The notes beneath the pieces are model-generated. The model did no database searches. It worked only from the letters and a program-made list of their open reading frames with translations, and was not told the DNA's origin. From contig NC_043000.1 of the NCBI RefSeq assembly GCF_006345805.1, positions 142,786,001 to 142,850,000 of the forward strand: 64,000 nt of DNA, written 5' to 3'. Made by a program: the position numbers and the translations under genes. Shown here piece by piece: positions 26,429 to 37,680 of the stretch. Source of the DNA: Octopus sinensis. Its lineage: Eukaryota. The stretch's first letter is position 1, and each line of letters starts with the position of its first letter.

Positions 26429-26605
26429 CGTCTGCCGTTACGTTCTGAGTTCAAATTCCGCCGAGGTCGACTTTGCCTTTCATCCTTTCGGGGTTGATAA
26501 ATTATGTACCAGTTGCGTACTGGGGTCGATGTAATCGACTTAATCCCTTTGGCTGTCCTTGTTTGCCCCCTCTATGTTTAGCCCCTTGTGGGTAATACAG
26601 AAATA
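26429..26605 (+). mobile_element. 5'-truncated SINE family A
   Basis: 20-bp TSD AGAAACAGCTAACCAGATGA at 26409-26428 and 26606-26625. Confidence 0.9.
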
Positions 26606-27170
26606 AGAAACAGCTAACCAGATGAGTGGCACCATCTTCCTGTGCATACCACCCTTCATCCCGCACAAAACTAAAAATCACACCTATAAGTCTCCGAAGT
26701 AGTTCGTTCGTTGCTGCGTTACAGTAGTTCAGGCGAAAAACACGGGCTACCGCTACAAACCGGACAACTAGTTGCAAGTTCACCGTCCAACGAAACTACA
26801 ACAGATCTTCCTTGTCCCTTGTCAAAAGAAGCTCAACCAAACTTGAAGAATCCTTCTTTCCTCTACTCCTCAATCACGATAGTTCTGTTGGTAATAATCC
26901 CACGGAGAGAAAAGTTCCACATCTACTGCCTACTTTGTATCCCAGTCCACACTGAACACATTACATAAATCTCCAAAGCTGTCCTCTTCTATTCCACCAT
27001 GTTTACCGACATGCAAAATTATACACCAATAGTGAAACTTGGTTTTAGTCACTTCAATCCAATGTAGTCACCAACATTGACAACGTATCTTGTATTACAA
27101 TTCTTCCTTCAGCTAACCTCCGTACACGAAACTCCAGTCTCTCTCTTTCTCTCTCTCTTTCTCTCTCTCT

Positions 27171-27213
<43 letters not shown>

Positions 27214-27685
27214 TCTCAGTTGATATATTACTACATTTTTGGAAACACGGTGAAGTGAATCCTTTTCCCAGGATGTGCAACCCTTAAATATTTCTCTCAC
27301 CGGAATTGCAAATAGTATGGATTTCGTAAAATCAAATCTACTGGAGATCTGCTTTCCCATGTCACACTCTTGCATTGTTGTCCTTGACATCAGCTAAGCT
27401 TCCTAGCATCTCCAACACCTGAGCGTCCTGTTAAAGCTGCATCCAATATCTTTTTTGTCAGATCCCATTAATGTGGCGTATGTTGATAGAACTGTCTCTA
27501 ATCTACACTCTACCAACTGCAATGGAGTACATATTATTGTTTCTTTCTACAGTTTAAAAAAAAAAAGAAAGAAATCTCTCACTGCTTATATCAAGAAAAC
27601 ATCATCACAATCCGCCACAACTTCAGCGGAAACAGTACGCCGTTAGAACAACTTTATGTAGTTACAAAACAATGGGCCCCACAAA

Positions 27686-27965
27686 CATCATCATCATCAT
27701 CATCATCATTGTTCGACCGTGGTCGAGACTAAATTCCATAGTCTTTTCAAATGGCTAATAATGTGTGCGCGCGTCACAACTACACACATTGGAAAGCATT
27801 GTACAACCAAGTACTAAAGAAGATTTTTCCTCCTCCATGAAACAAAGCTGTTCCCGTTGGACGTCAACCCAGTATTTCTAAGCTACGGACCGAGTGATTT
27901 ATTGTAAGGTTATCTCCCTAGATAGATTGCCTTCACTACGGCGCTAAGGAGCCCTTTCTAGCCCC
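27686..27965 (-). mobile_element. Short RTE-derived non-autonomous element
   Basis: Minus strand starts GGGCTCCTTAGC..GAAGGCAATCTATCTAGGGAGA (RTE 5'-UTR-like) and ends in a (TGA)n tail. Confidence 0.4.
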
Positions 27966-28272
27966 ACAAACACTGAAGATCTCTCGCATTAATTTCTTAA
28001 ATGTAGTCGACAGTGGAGTACTGCTGCTAAATCTGGAACAGTGTTGCTGCTATACACCTAGATCGCATCCGAATAAACTTCACTCAGCTGATTAGTTTGA
28101 TGTCACTCTAAAATATAATGCAACTTTTGTTCTCTAGAAATGATGTCTCTTTCCTCTTCCTTTTATACTACAACTGTCTCTACAGCTTACTAATTGGCTG
28201 GTCTCGTGTACCATCACCAAAGCACACTTAGCTCCTTTGTCTCTCCTTCTCTCATCACTTATATTATATCTA

Positions 28273-28524
28273 TTTCTTTATTACCCACAAGGGGCTAAAC
28301 ACAGAGGGGACAAACAAGGACAGCCATAGATATTAAGTCGATTAGATCGACCTCAGTGCGTAACTGGTACTTAATTTATCGACCCCGAAAGGATGAAAGG
28401 CAAAGTCGATCTCGGCGGAATTTGAACTCACAACGTAACGCAGACGAAATACGGCTACGCATTTCGCCCGGCGTGCTAACGTTTCTGCCAGCTCGCCGCC
28501 TTTTTTTCTGCCAGCTCGCCGCCT
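28273..28524 (-). mobile_element. SINE family A with duplicated 5' end
   Basis: 19-bp TSD ATCACTTATATTATATCTA; TTTCTGCCAGCTCGCCGCCT occurs twice inside the TSD. Confidence 0.9.
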
Positions 28525-29469
28525 ATCACTTATATTATATCTAATCCCCAAGCCCGCACTACTAATACTATATTTAGTCCTTCCTTTCTGGAATTTCCCC
28601 AAGTAGTCTTTCCTGCAATCATTTCAACAGATTGCTAACGACATTAATCTCACTGATCTCGGAGACCTTACGAAACCCTGGGCGTATCCCCTTCATCCAG
28701 GTCACACAAATAAAAACAGTTTAATTTTTCGTGTCTCAGTTAATACACCTGGAGAATCGGTATCAGGCTTATGTATAGAGTTTTCTTCTTACTGATTATG
28801 AAGACGAAAAACATGTGTCCAGATTGCTTAGTCTTTTATGATTACATTAGTTGAAGTTAATCATTACATCAATAAAGTCGGAAGTTTCAATAACAAATTC
28901 AAATATTTAGTGTGTGTTTTCTAAGAATGTAATACATGTTTGCCACCAACTATCTGGGATCTATCGATCTATCTCCTCTTTTGCACCATGTAAAAATGTC
29001 GAGTGGTAATACGAAAATGTAAAATTCTTCGAGTTCTTTTTACCATTCGCAATTTCTTACGAACTGTTCTTCGACACAACACATAACGGTTGGGAAAATA
29101 TTTAGTGTGAGGGTTAAAACGCAAAATTCGGTAGAGATAATGAGATCAGAAACGGACGGTGCCTATAGACATTTTGCTTAGACTCTGAAACTGGTGAGGG
29201 AAAGGGAAGATCTTGGTACTCTCTGACTGGAAACTGGATCGAACCTGATTAAAGCAACCAACAACTGATTAAAGCAACCAAGAGCAAGACGTCTTCTACA
29301 CAAAAGTAGGTGCAGTCTATTTTGCACAGTTTTCTAACCAGTTTCATCTATAAAGCTTGATACGATTCGAGAGTACGAGATATGATCTTGTCTCAAAGTT
29401 CTGCACACTGATATCGAACTCAGAACCCTGAATTTACGAAACATTTGCTCAACAACACAGCCACGTATA

Positions 29470-29702
29470 TGTTTCTTTATTAACCACAAGGGGCTAAACA
29501 TAGAGGGGTCAAACAAGGACAGACAAACGAATCAAGTCGATTACACTGACCCCAGTGCGTAACTGGTACTTAATTTATCGACCCCGAAAGGATGAAAGGC
29601 AAAGTCGACCTCGGCGGAATTTGAACTCAGAACGTAACGGCAGACGAAATACGGCTGCGCATTTCGCCCGGCGTGCTAACGGTTCTGCCAGCTCGCCGCC
29701 TT
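29470..29702 (-). mobile_element. SINE family A (first of a tandem pair)
   Basis: Flanked by CAACACA(G/A)CCACGTATA. Confidence 0.9.
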
Positions 29703-29745
29703 CAACACAACCACGTATACACCAATCAAAAACGTAATATATATA

Positions 29746-29982
29746 TATTTTTTATTACCCACAAGGGGCCAAACACAGAGGGGACAAACAAGGACAGACA
29801 AACGAATTAAGTCGATTACATCGACCCCAGTGCGTAACTGGTACTTAATTTATCGACCCCGAAAGGATGAAAGGCAAAGTCGACCTCGGCGGAATTTGAA
29901 CTCAGAACGTAACGGCAGACGAAATACGGCTGCGCATTTCGTTCGCCCGGCGTGCTAACGTTTCTGCCAGCTCGCCGCCTTC
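29746..29982 (-). mobile_element. SINE family A (second of a tandem pair)
   Basis: Flanked by a ~38-bp duplication beginning CAACACA(A/G)CCACGTATACACCAATC. Confidence 0.9.
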
Positions 29983-30782
29983 AACACAGCCACGTATACA
30001 CCAATCAAAAACATAATATACTACTGAATCAGAGGAGCAGAAAGTGTTGTAGCCAGACTAATAATACGTGTATTTTGGTCAGTGAATTGGTAACGGACGT
30101 ATTTTTCCAATTAACCAGACGACTTTTATTTCGATGTAGTATAAAAAAAAAAATTTACTGTGAGTGGCAATGCCATCATACACCATACGTGAGATGCACT
30201 GAAAAAGCAGTCCAGCTTATGTCGCTTACACGAAAATAAATGTCAATTTATTAGTAATGAGCCCTTTTAGAACATTAAAAGTGTCTATCAAATTTAATGT
30301 TTTTCAAATATCTATTGATTTGATTTTTGAATTGGTTGTTTGCTTGTCTTTGTCTTGATAGCTTTCCTAAGTAACCGATTCCAGCTTGCATAGATCCGTT
30401 CCGAGATTTGTTGCTTTGTAAGCAAGAATCGCTTTTTAAATAACTTTCGTGAATAGCCTTTCATTGATGATTGATGGAATTCTAAGAGAAACATTAAGTG
30501 TCTTGTTTAAAATAACTAGCAACTATACGACCACAAGTGATCAATATTTAAGACGATTCCTAGACACTCATCTGGTTATTTTTAAATTTTATTGATATTT
30601 AATTAACACACATTAAACGTTGATAAGGAATTAAATAAACCAAGCAGAAATTCAATTAAAGCAATCAATATCTTTTTCGGAATTTTCTAAATATTAAATT
30701 AAGTATTAACTACGAATAAATATGCAAATTGACACATATACACGTGCATACATGTATGTATATATGTATGTATGTGTGTATG

Positions 30783-30816
<34 letters not shown>

Positions 30817-31650
30817 TGTATGTGTATGTCTGTGTGTGTGTGCGTATGTTTTATGTAACTGCATGTGTGTCATTTGTGTGTAGAGCATGCGTCTGAGTGA
30901 TTGAGTGTGCGTGCCGCTATGCACTGAGAGTACATGGGCGTGCCCTTTCTCTCTCTTTCTCTCCCTCTCTCTCTCTCTTTCTCTCTTTCTCTCTGTCGCT
31001 CTATCAGTATATATGTGTGTATGTATGTGCGCGCGCACATGCTCGTGTGTGTACGTGCGTACGTGCGTACGTGCAAGTGTGTATGAGTCTAGTGTATGTT
31101 TCTATATATGCGTGTGTGAGCGTACAAATAGGGTGCGCCGGGTATTTCTGAACAGAACTTTAGTGAGCCATAAAAGCGAAGCAAAATATCACTCTACTTT
31201 CAACATTCTCATTTCTCTGTCAGACTTACCGATAGCATTGATATGATCAGATAATTACTGACACAGGAAACGAAGAAGCATATCATGCTCTAAACAGAGC
31301 CACCAAACACAGTGACTCGGAGATGGCAAGCCTCTTAAAAGTGATTGGATCTTTCTTGTTCGTGGTTGGGACTTCAGCAAGGACGAGAAAATAATATTCT
31401 CAGCGGCTGAATTCGTTGTCCAACAGGTTCAATCGGACATCAATGACAAACGAGCCAAATGATAAACGTCATCGTGATAGCTCAAGGTTTCAGAATCTAC
31501 GATCAGATGTGTGGTAAGAGAAGACATTCTATCTTTTACTTGTCTCAATCACTGGACTGCGGTAATGCTGGGGCGCCATTTTGAAGGTTTTAATCGAACA
31601 AATCGACTCATTACATTTTTCAAGTCATTATATATAGGTTACGAAAGGTT

Positions 31651-31681
<31 letters not shown>

Positions 31682-32086
31682 TTCACGCTACTCCAACCTA
31701 ATCAGTTCAAAAATGAGTACCAGCCGACAGCTAGTGCGACTCACTTTCCCTCCAACTACCATATCTTCCATGTTACCCTCGGTGAGAGGGCTTAGGTGAG
31801 TGACTGTGCCAACTTGCGACTATAGAGACAACTCCAACAATTACAACAAAAGAGGCAGCTACAACAACTGTGATAGTGTGATACAAGTCACCAGATCATA
31901 TTCAGCTGAGAGTGTTGCCTAAGCTTCTTATATATGTATATACGCGCGAAAGTCTACTTTGAAATTATACAGGCGCGAGTTCGATCACACTGCTTGGCAA
32001 TTTTGCGCAAATCTCTCCTCCTTATTTTCTAGTCAACCCAAACCTCGTGACATAGAGTACATGGAAACTAAAGAAACGTGCTAGAA

Positions 32087-32509
32087 AGGCGCAGGAGTGG
32101 CTGCGTGGTAAGTAGCTTGCTTACCAACCACAAGGTTCTAGGTTCAGTCCCACTGCGTGGCACCTTGAACAAGTGTCTTCTGCTATAGCCTCGGGCCGTC
32201 CAAAGCCTTGTGAGTGGATTTAATAGACGGAAACTGAAAGAAGCACGTCGTATATATGTATATATGTGTGTGTGTGTATGAGTTTGTGCGTGTGTGTGTG
32301 TGTATGTTTGTGTGTCTGTGTCTGTCTCCCAACATCGCTTGACAACCAATGCTGGTGTGTTTACGTCCCAGTAACTTAGCGGTTCGGCAAAAGAGACCGA
32401 TAGAATAAGTACTAGGCTAGCAAAAACTAAGCCCTGGGGTCGATTTCATCGACTAAAGGTGGTGCTCCAGTATGGCCACAGTCAAATGACTGAAACAAGT
32501 AAAAGAGTG
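32087..32509 (+). mobile_element. SINE family B
   Basis: Full head-to-tail match to the 7471 copy. Confidence 0.9.
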
Positions 32510-34349
32510 ATTGTACATGCAAGATTCAAAGATCCAGCCTTGGCACGTATTATTGTGTCATACTGATTGATTCGTTAAGGATTCACATCTCTGTGGAATA
32601 CTCGTCCAACTTATGCGTTAATTTAACAAGTAGGTAGTTTAATTTGATTATACAGCTCTTTGTCATGAATGACTGAAGATCTATCGTGCGTGAGTACTGA
32701 TGTCTGTAGGCGTATTAGACATATCCTGTTTCATACGATGTATTTACATTTTTGTAAGCAGACTTCGTTAATTCTGATTGCTCACCTCATACGACCACAC
32801 GCACACAGAGACACACACAAACACACACGTTGTCTTCATTTCGTTCTCCATCTGTCTATGTATCTCCCTTTATCTGTTTACATCATTACCTTTTGACATT
32901 TTTGCCTCTTTCATTCTTTTCTCCATGTTCAATTATTCCTTTATTTCCTCTCCCCCACCCCTCTGTTTCCTTACACATGTGTGTATACACTAAAACTACA
33001 TTATTAACTTTTATGTTCTCTCCACGCTCAGTAACAGGCATATGGGAATCACGAAACATTTGTCTGTATTCAATGGATCCATTGAAAACTGTCTTGCTGA
33101 TCATTCACTAAGCAGTCAAAGAACTGTAAACAATCGTCATGTTGAAATCGGTAGATAGAAAAGAGATTAATGTTTGAACTCAAAGCTAATTATAAATGAA
33201 GATCCTCTCATAGCATGGAAGAGCCATTGTCCAAATTGTCTTCTAGATACGGTGATTTAGTCTTCTTTTAATAAAGAAACTACTAGAACTAACGTCATTT
33301 TTGCTGATGTATAATTGCTGTAGTAGTAGTAGTTGTTGTTGTTGTTTTTATTGTTGTTGTTGTCGTTGTTGTTGTTGTTGCAAAAATGGAAGGAGGAAGG
33401 GATGGAGGAGAAGAGGTGGGAATGAGGAAGGAGGCGGAAAAGAGAAGGAATTCCGTTGCTTGTTAATATGTCTGCTGTTGCCAAATTAGCTTTAAGGCAT
33501 GTACAGTGGATGGCGGAATCAATTGAGCCTTGGGCGAAATGCTTCGCGTTATTTAGTTGCACACTTATACATCCCGAGTTCAAAATCTACTGAGGTCACT
33601 TTCTTTTTTTTTTCCATTCTTTACGAGTCAATAAAAAAATGTACTAATCAAACGATTTAATTTTCTGCTTATTTATCTATTCATTTAATTATTCATTTAA
33701 AGATCGAGTGGAGCGACCAAAATAATAAGGTACTGAAATTAATAATTACTAGAATTTAAATTCTATAGATACATTAAAGTTTCATTTGAGATTTGGCTGA
33801 TATTTCTAGCAAGTCAAATGACTGCATAGAAGCTACCTCATTGAGCAGTGTGTTATGTACTGTAATGCACAAGTATAATGCTTGAAAGTATGGAACCAAG
33901 TTTAGTGTGGTTCTGTAGCTTCAATATTTTCATTCTTTAGTTACATGTAAGCTTATGAGTTATCCCTTTTGCAGCTGAATTTTTTATGTAAAATACCATC
34001 AACGTACTAGATTTTTCCCTAAAGAATTCAGGAAAATAACGACATTAAATATTAGATTTGCTTTCACTGCTGACAAGTTTTCTAGCATGGAATCATACGC
34101 AATCCAACTATACAAGTACCCATGAAGTTCTTATATTTCTCTACGCAAATACAGCAGACTCCTTTTTAGTATGGAACGAGAATATGGTAATATAAATCAA
34201 ACCTCGAATTGACCATACAAACCCTGCCAACAATACTTTGCGCTTCTTAGTAATCTTAGCAAATTTGAGTTAAAAACGGAGATGGTGAAGTTATTTTTCT
34301 TACAATTAATGCGTATGAACTACGAAGCAGAGACCACTTCAGAGAATGA

Positions 34350-34650
34350 CTATATTTATTATGTATCGGGTGCATGGGAGAAAATTGCTCTGATGAAATG
34401 CGAAGTGTATGGATGACAGCTTCGTAAAACGTTGCCATATAATCCACCCGAGAGGAACTATGGAGGAGGAAATTAACGAAGACGTGAAGAGAAATTGTGA
34501 AAGCCGATCTCAGGATAGTGAACCTCATAAAAGAGATGACAAAAGAACTCGGCAAACAGCGAGACTCAACGTCTAAACTATGCAAGCATAGAAAACTAAA
34601 CCATGCAAGCCTAGAAAACATCAGCGCAAAAATTATGCAAATGGTCATGA
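34350..34650 (+). mobile_element. Old RTE-clade LINE 3' end
   Basis: Broken KT.REIVKADLRIVNL.KEMT segment, then a CCATGCAAGC..GAAAA 3' end resembling that at 56000. Confidence 0.5.
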
Positions 34651-34837
34651 ATGTTTAAGGGTCTCTTTGAACAAAATATAAGCATTTGGGCAATAACTAT
34701 CAATGAAATAGTGTAAAACCTATCTCCAACAGTTTTATCTTTCAGCAGTATTTTGCTCTGACCATTGGTCTGAAGAATGTGTCATACCCTTCCCAGAATT
34801 TCATTCCTCAGCAATCCCCTTCATATTTTATAACGTA

Positions 34838-35232
34838 CTAGCAGTATCGCCCGGCGTTGCTCGGGTTTGTAAGGGAAATAACTATATAAGCATTTTTAGA
34901 GATGTAAAGTATAATAGCCATCTCAATATGGCTAACCACAAAGGGGGTGTATTACTGTAGCTTTTTACGTTCTGAGATTTAATAATAAATTTTTAGAGAG
35001 TTACTTCCCTTATATATGCCAAAAATGCATTAAAAATTAGAAAAATTGATGGTAATTTTTTTTTAAATCGTAGACTCATCGTAGACGCGCGCTAATACAC
35101 AGAAGGGCTCGATATGAATCACGACTATAAGATACCCGGTTTTGGTTAAACTGCACCGCAAAATGTTGGAGTAGTTAGGAATCTAAATCGTAGGAGACAG
35201 ACAGCACACAACCTCACTTTTATATATAAAGA
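34838..35232 (-). mobile_element. Non-autonomous Helitron
   Basis: Minus strand A|TC...CCCGAGCAACGCCGGG hairpin...CTAG|T, with no TSD. Confidence 0.85.
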
Positions 35233-35632
35233 TTATACATATTATACGTGGTTTGTTTTAATTTTTAAATTTCTGTTTTCATACTCACGCGGTTAGATAG
35301 TATTCTGATTTGTTTCCTATACATCGAACTCATTGTTAACAGTTATCATCGCAATTGTTTTCATATCAATTGTTTTTACTGGAGATTGGTTCTGATATTA
35401 TTACACGATAGACTGTGTCCAGCAGCACAATGAGAAATGTTTTTTTTTTATCATCTTTGAGCAATTTACAATAGGGATTTGTCCTATCTTGAAGACTCAA
35501 GTCATTTCTTGGAATTCGATAATAAGCTATTGCAGCGCTTGGTACATTGCGAGAAAAACCTGCGCGAAAGATGTGAAAACCGTACAAATGTTGAGAGATT
35601 TTAATGATTTTTGGGTAGCTCAGAACACATAA

Positions 35633-35897
35633 ATGGGCATTCCTTCGATATAGCTCGACAAGGTCGAGACATTTCACATCGAGTATTTCTGCTGGTTGTG
35701 GAGTATAGATATAACGAAATTATGCCAGCAATATCTCATTCTAAACTTGAAGAAAAAAACCCTTCCATATTTGTTTTTACCTGTTTCATGTGTGTATGTA
35801 AAATCCGCAGAAAACAGAATCGAACTATCATTTGCTTCCACGGAAATACTCGGTGAAGTGTTTTGATTTTGTCGAGTTATATCGAAAGAATGCCCAT
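35633..35897. mobile_element. MITE with ~55-bp imperfect terminal inverted repeats
   Basis: ATGGGCATTCCTTCGATATAGCTCGACAA... (35633-35689) vs ...TTGTCGAGTTATATCGAAAGAATGCCCAT (35843-35897). Confidence 0.7.
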
Positions 35898-37243
35898 AAA
35901 TGATTTCAATAATCATTAGAACGATGCTGCAGTGATATTCTGTGGAAGTGAATTCATCAGTGTCAAAAATCTCTGAAGTTGATGTGTAAAATAAAGGAGG
36001 CCGTGGACATTATTAGCCTATTGCCTCTAGGCCAGTGTTTCTAGACTACGATCAGGAAAACGCTGAAAGTAAATCAAGTTTTAGCGTGGATGTCAAAAAA
36101 TTATATATATATGACACCTTGACAGTTATTTGATAAATAACACCTCTCGCTATGGCAGCTAAATGGTTAAGGTAACAATTCCTTTGAATATGTCAGCATT
36201 TTTATGTTAGCTGTAAGAACTGTATTATTAGTGAAAGTTGACTGTTTCTACCTAATTGCAGCATCGCCATACTGGATGCTGCCACTCTTGCCATGAAGTA
36301 AAACCGTTGTTGTTTGTCCAGCTACAGGCTATAATATTCCGTCTATTACTACTTCTAATGCGCTTGCTTTTCTTTCTCTGACAAAATATCAATCACTCCT
36401 GCGTTTTTACAGCTTGTGCTATCTTTCCATTGTTTCATATTTGTCTTCAGATATCTCTACCATAGTCCCATAATCTATTTTAGTTGTTTAGTAAAAGGTG
36501 GCGAAAAGCTGATAAAGAAAAAAAAATTAAGTAGTAAATTATCTCACCCAAAGAATTTTTACTTCTTCGTTTGTCTCTTTGATTTCTTCCTTATTGTCTT
36601 ATCTTTTAAATAGAAAAGCAAAACAAATCGTATTTACACGTTATTCTTTCTGTAGTAAGCAAGCAACCATAAATTTCGTCAAATATCTCTTCACACGCTG
36701 AGTTAAAAACAGCTACTACGATTTCTTGCATTGATACAAGGACATACATTAAAGGGGCCGACTACAGATAATCGAATCTACCAATATTTTTTTTTCGATC
36801 CCATAAAGAACAAACCGTAATGGAATTTGAACTCAGAACACGAAGTGACACTGCAGGGAAGTTTAATATGGAAAGCTACCATTTCTAAGTCTCGCCACCC
36901 AAGTCATTTTTTCTTCATTTCTTGTAAAAAAATATCACCTTAACCAAAGAAAAGTCAGTAGATGATTGGCACAAAATCACTCAGAGACGTGATCCAGCCT
37001 CTGACCAAAAATATATTGTCTTCACTCTTTGCCATTTCCCCTACGACTTGTAGGGATCAGGACACTTTTAAGTATGCATATCCACACTCAATGAGGATAT
37101 GGAAAGAAAAAGGTATGGAAGTTAGACGGTGCTCTGTAACCTTTTATCACTTGCGGTTCACTTATACTCTTTTCAAAATTCAGCTGCACAACTGAACTAA
37201 AAAGGTACTATTTAAGAAGAGTGGTCCCGGTGCGCGCACTCAC

Positions 37244-37276
37244 GTAGTCGCGCAGGTTGTATTTGCTGCTAACCAT
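37244..37276 (-). CDS. Candidate first coding exon MVSSKYNLRDY of an unidentified gene (phase-0 intron follows)
   Basis: Strong Kozak context CACC-ATG-G, 11 codons, then consensus donor GTGAGT; CpG-rich context ~330 bp downstream of a CCAAT cluster. Confidence 0.65.
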
Positions 37277-37579
37277 GGTGAAGTTATTTACAAACACTGT
37301 TGTGGTAGAACCTTTGCGAGTGTTGCTTGTTGCTGTATACGTAGAGATGATGTTGACGACATTAAGATGGTGGTAGCGACGAATAGAGAGATCACCGTAT
37401 GCTGTTGGACGAATGTTGATGAGTCTCCATGTGGCTGCTGTTGTGTTGTCGCTGGAACTGGCTGTGTCTTGCGTGGTCAGAGGCTAAACCTTAAAAGTTC
37501 TGGAACCGAAAGCCTTCGACTCTATGTAAAGCTAGAGTTTTATAAGGTACAGGCGGCTCACCGAAGGTTTGGAAAAGAC

Positions 37580-37680
37580 TGTATCATGTGACCTTATCAG
37601 AAGGCTGAGATTGGTTGGGTTGCATATTGGCGCGCAATAGAGCAAGAGACAAGTTGTGCCAATACCAACCAATCAGAGTA
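37580..37680. promoter_or_regulatory. Promoter-like region with four CCAAT boxes and an E-box
   Basis: ATTGG at 37610 and 37626; CCAAT at 37659 and 37669; TCATGTGAC at ~37584; unique non-repeat sequence with CpGs retained. Confidence 0.6.
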
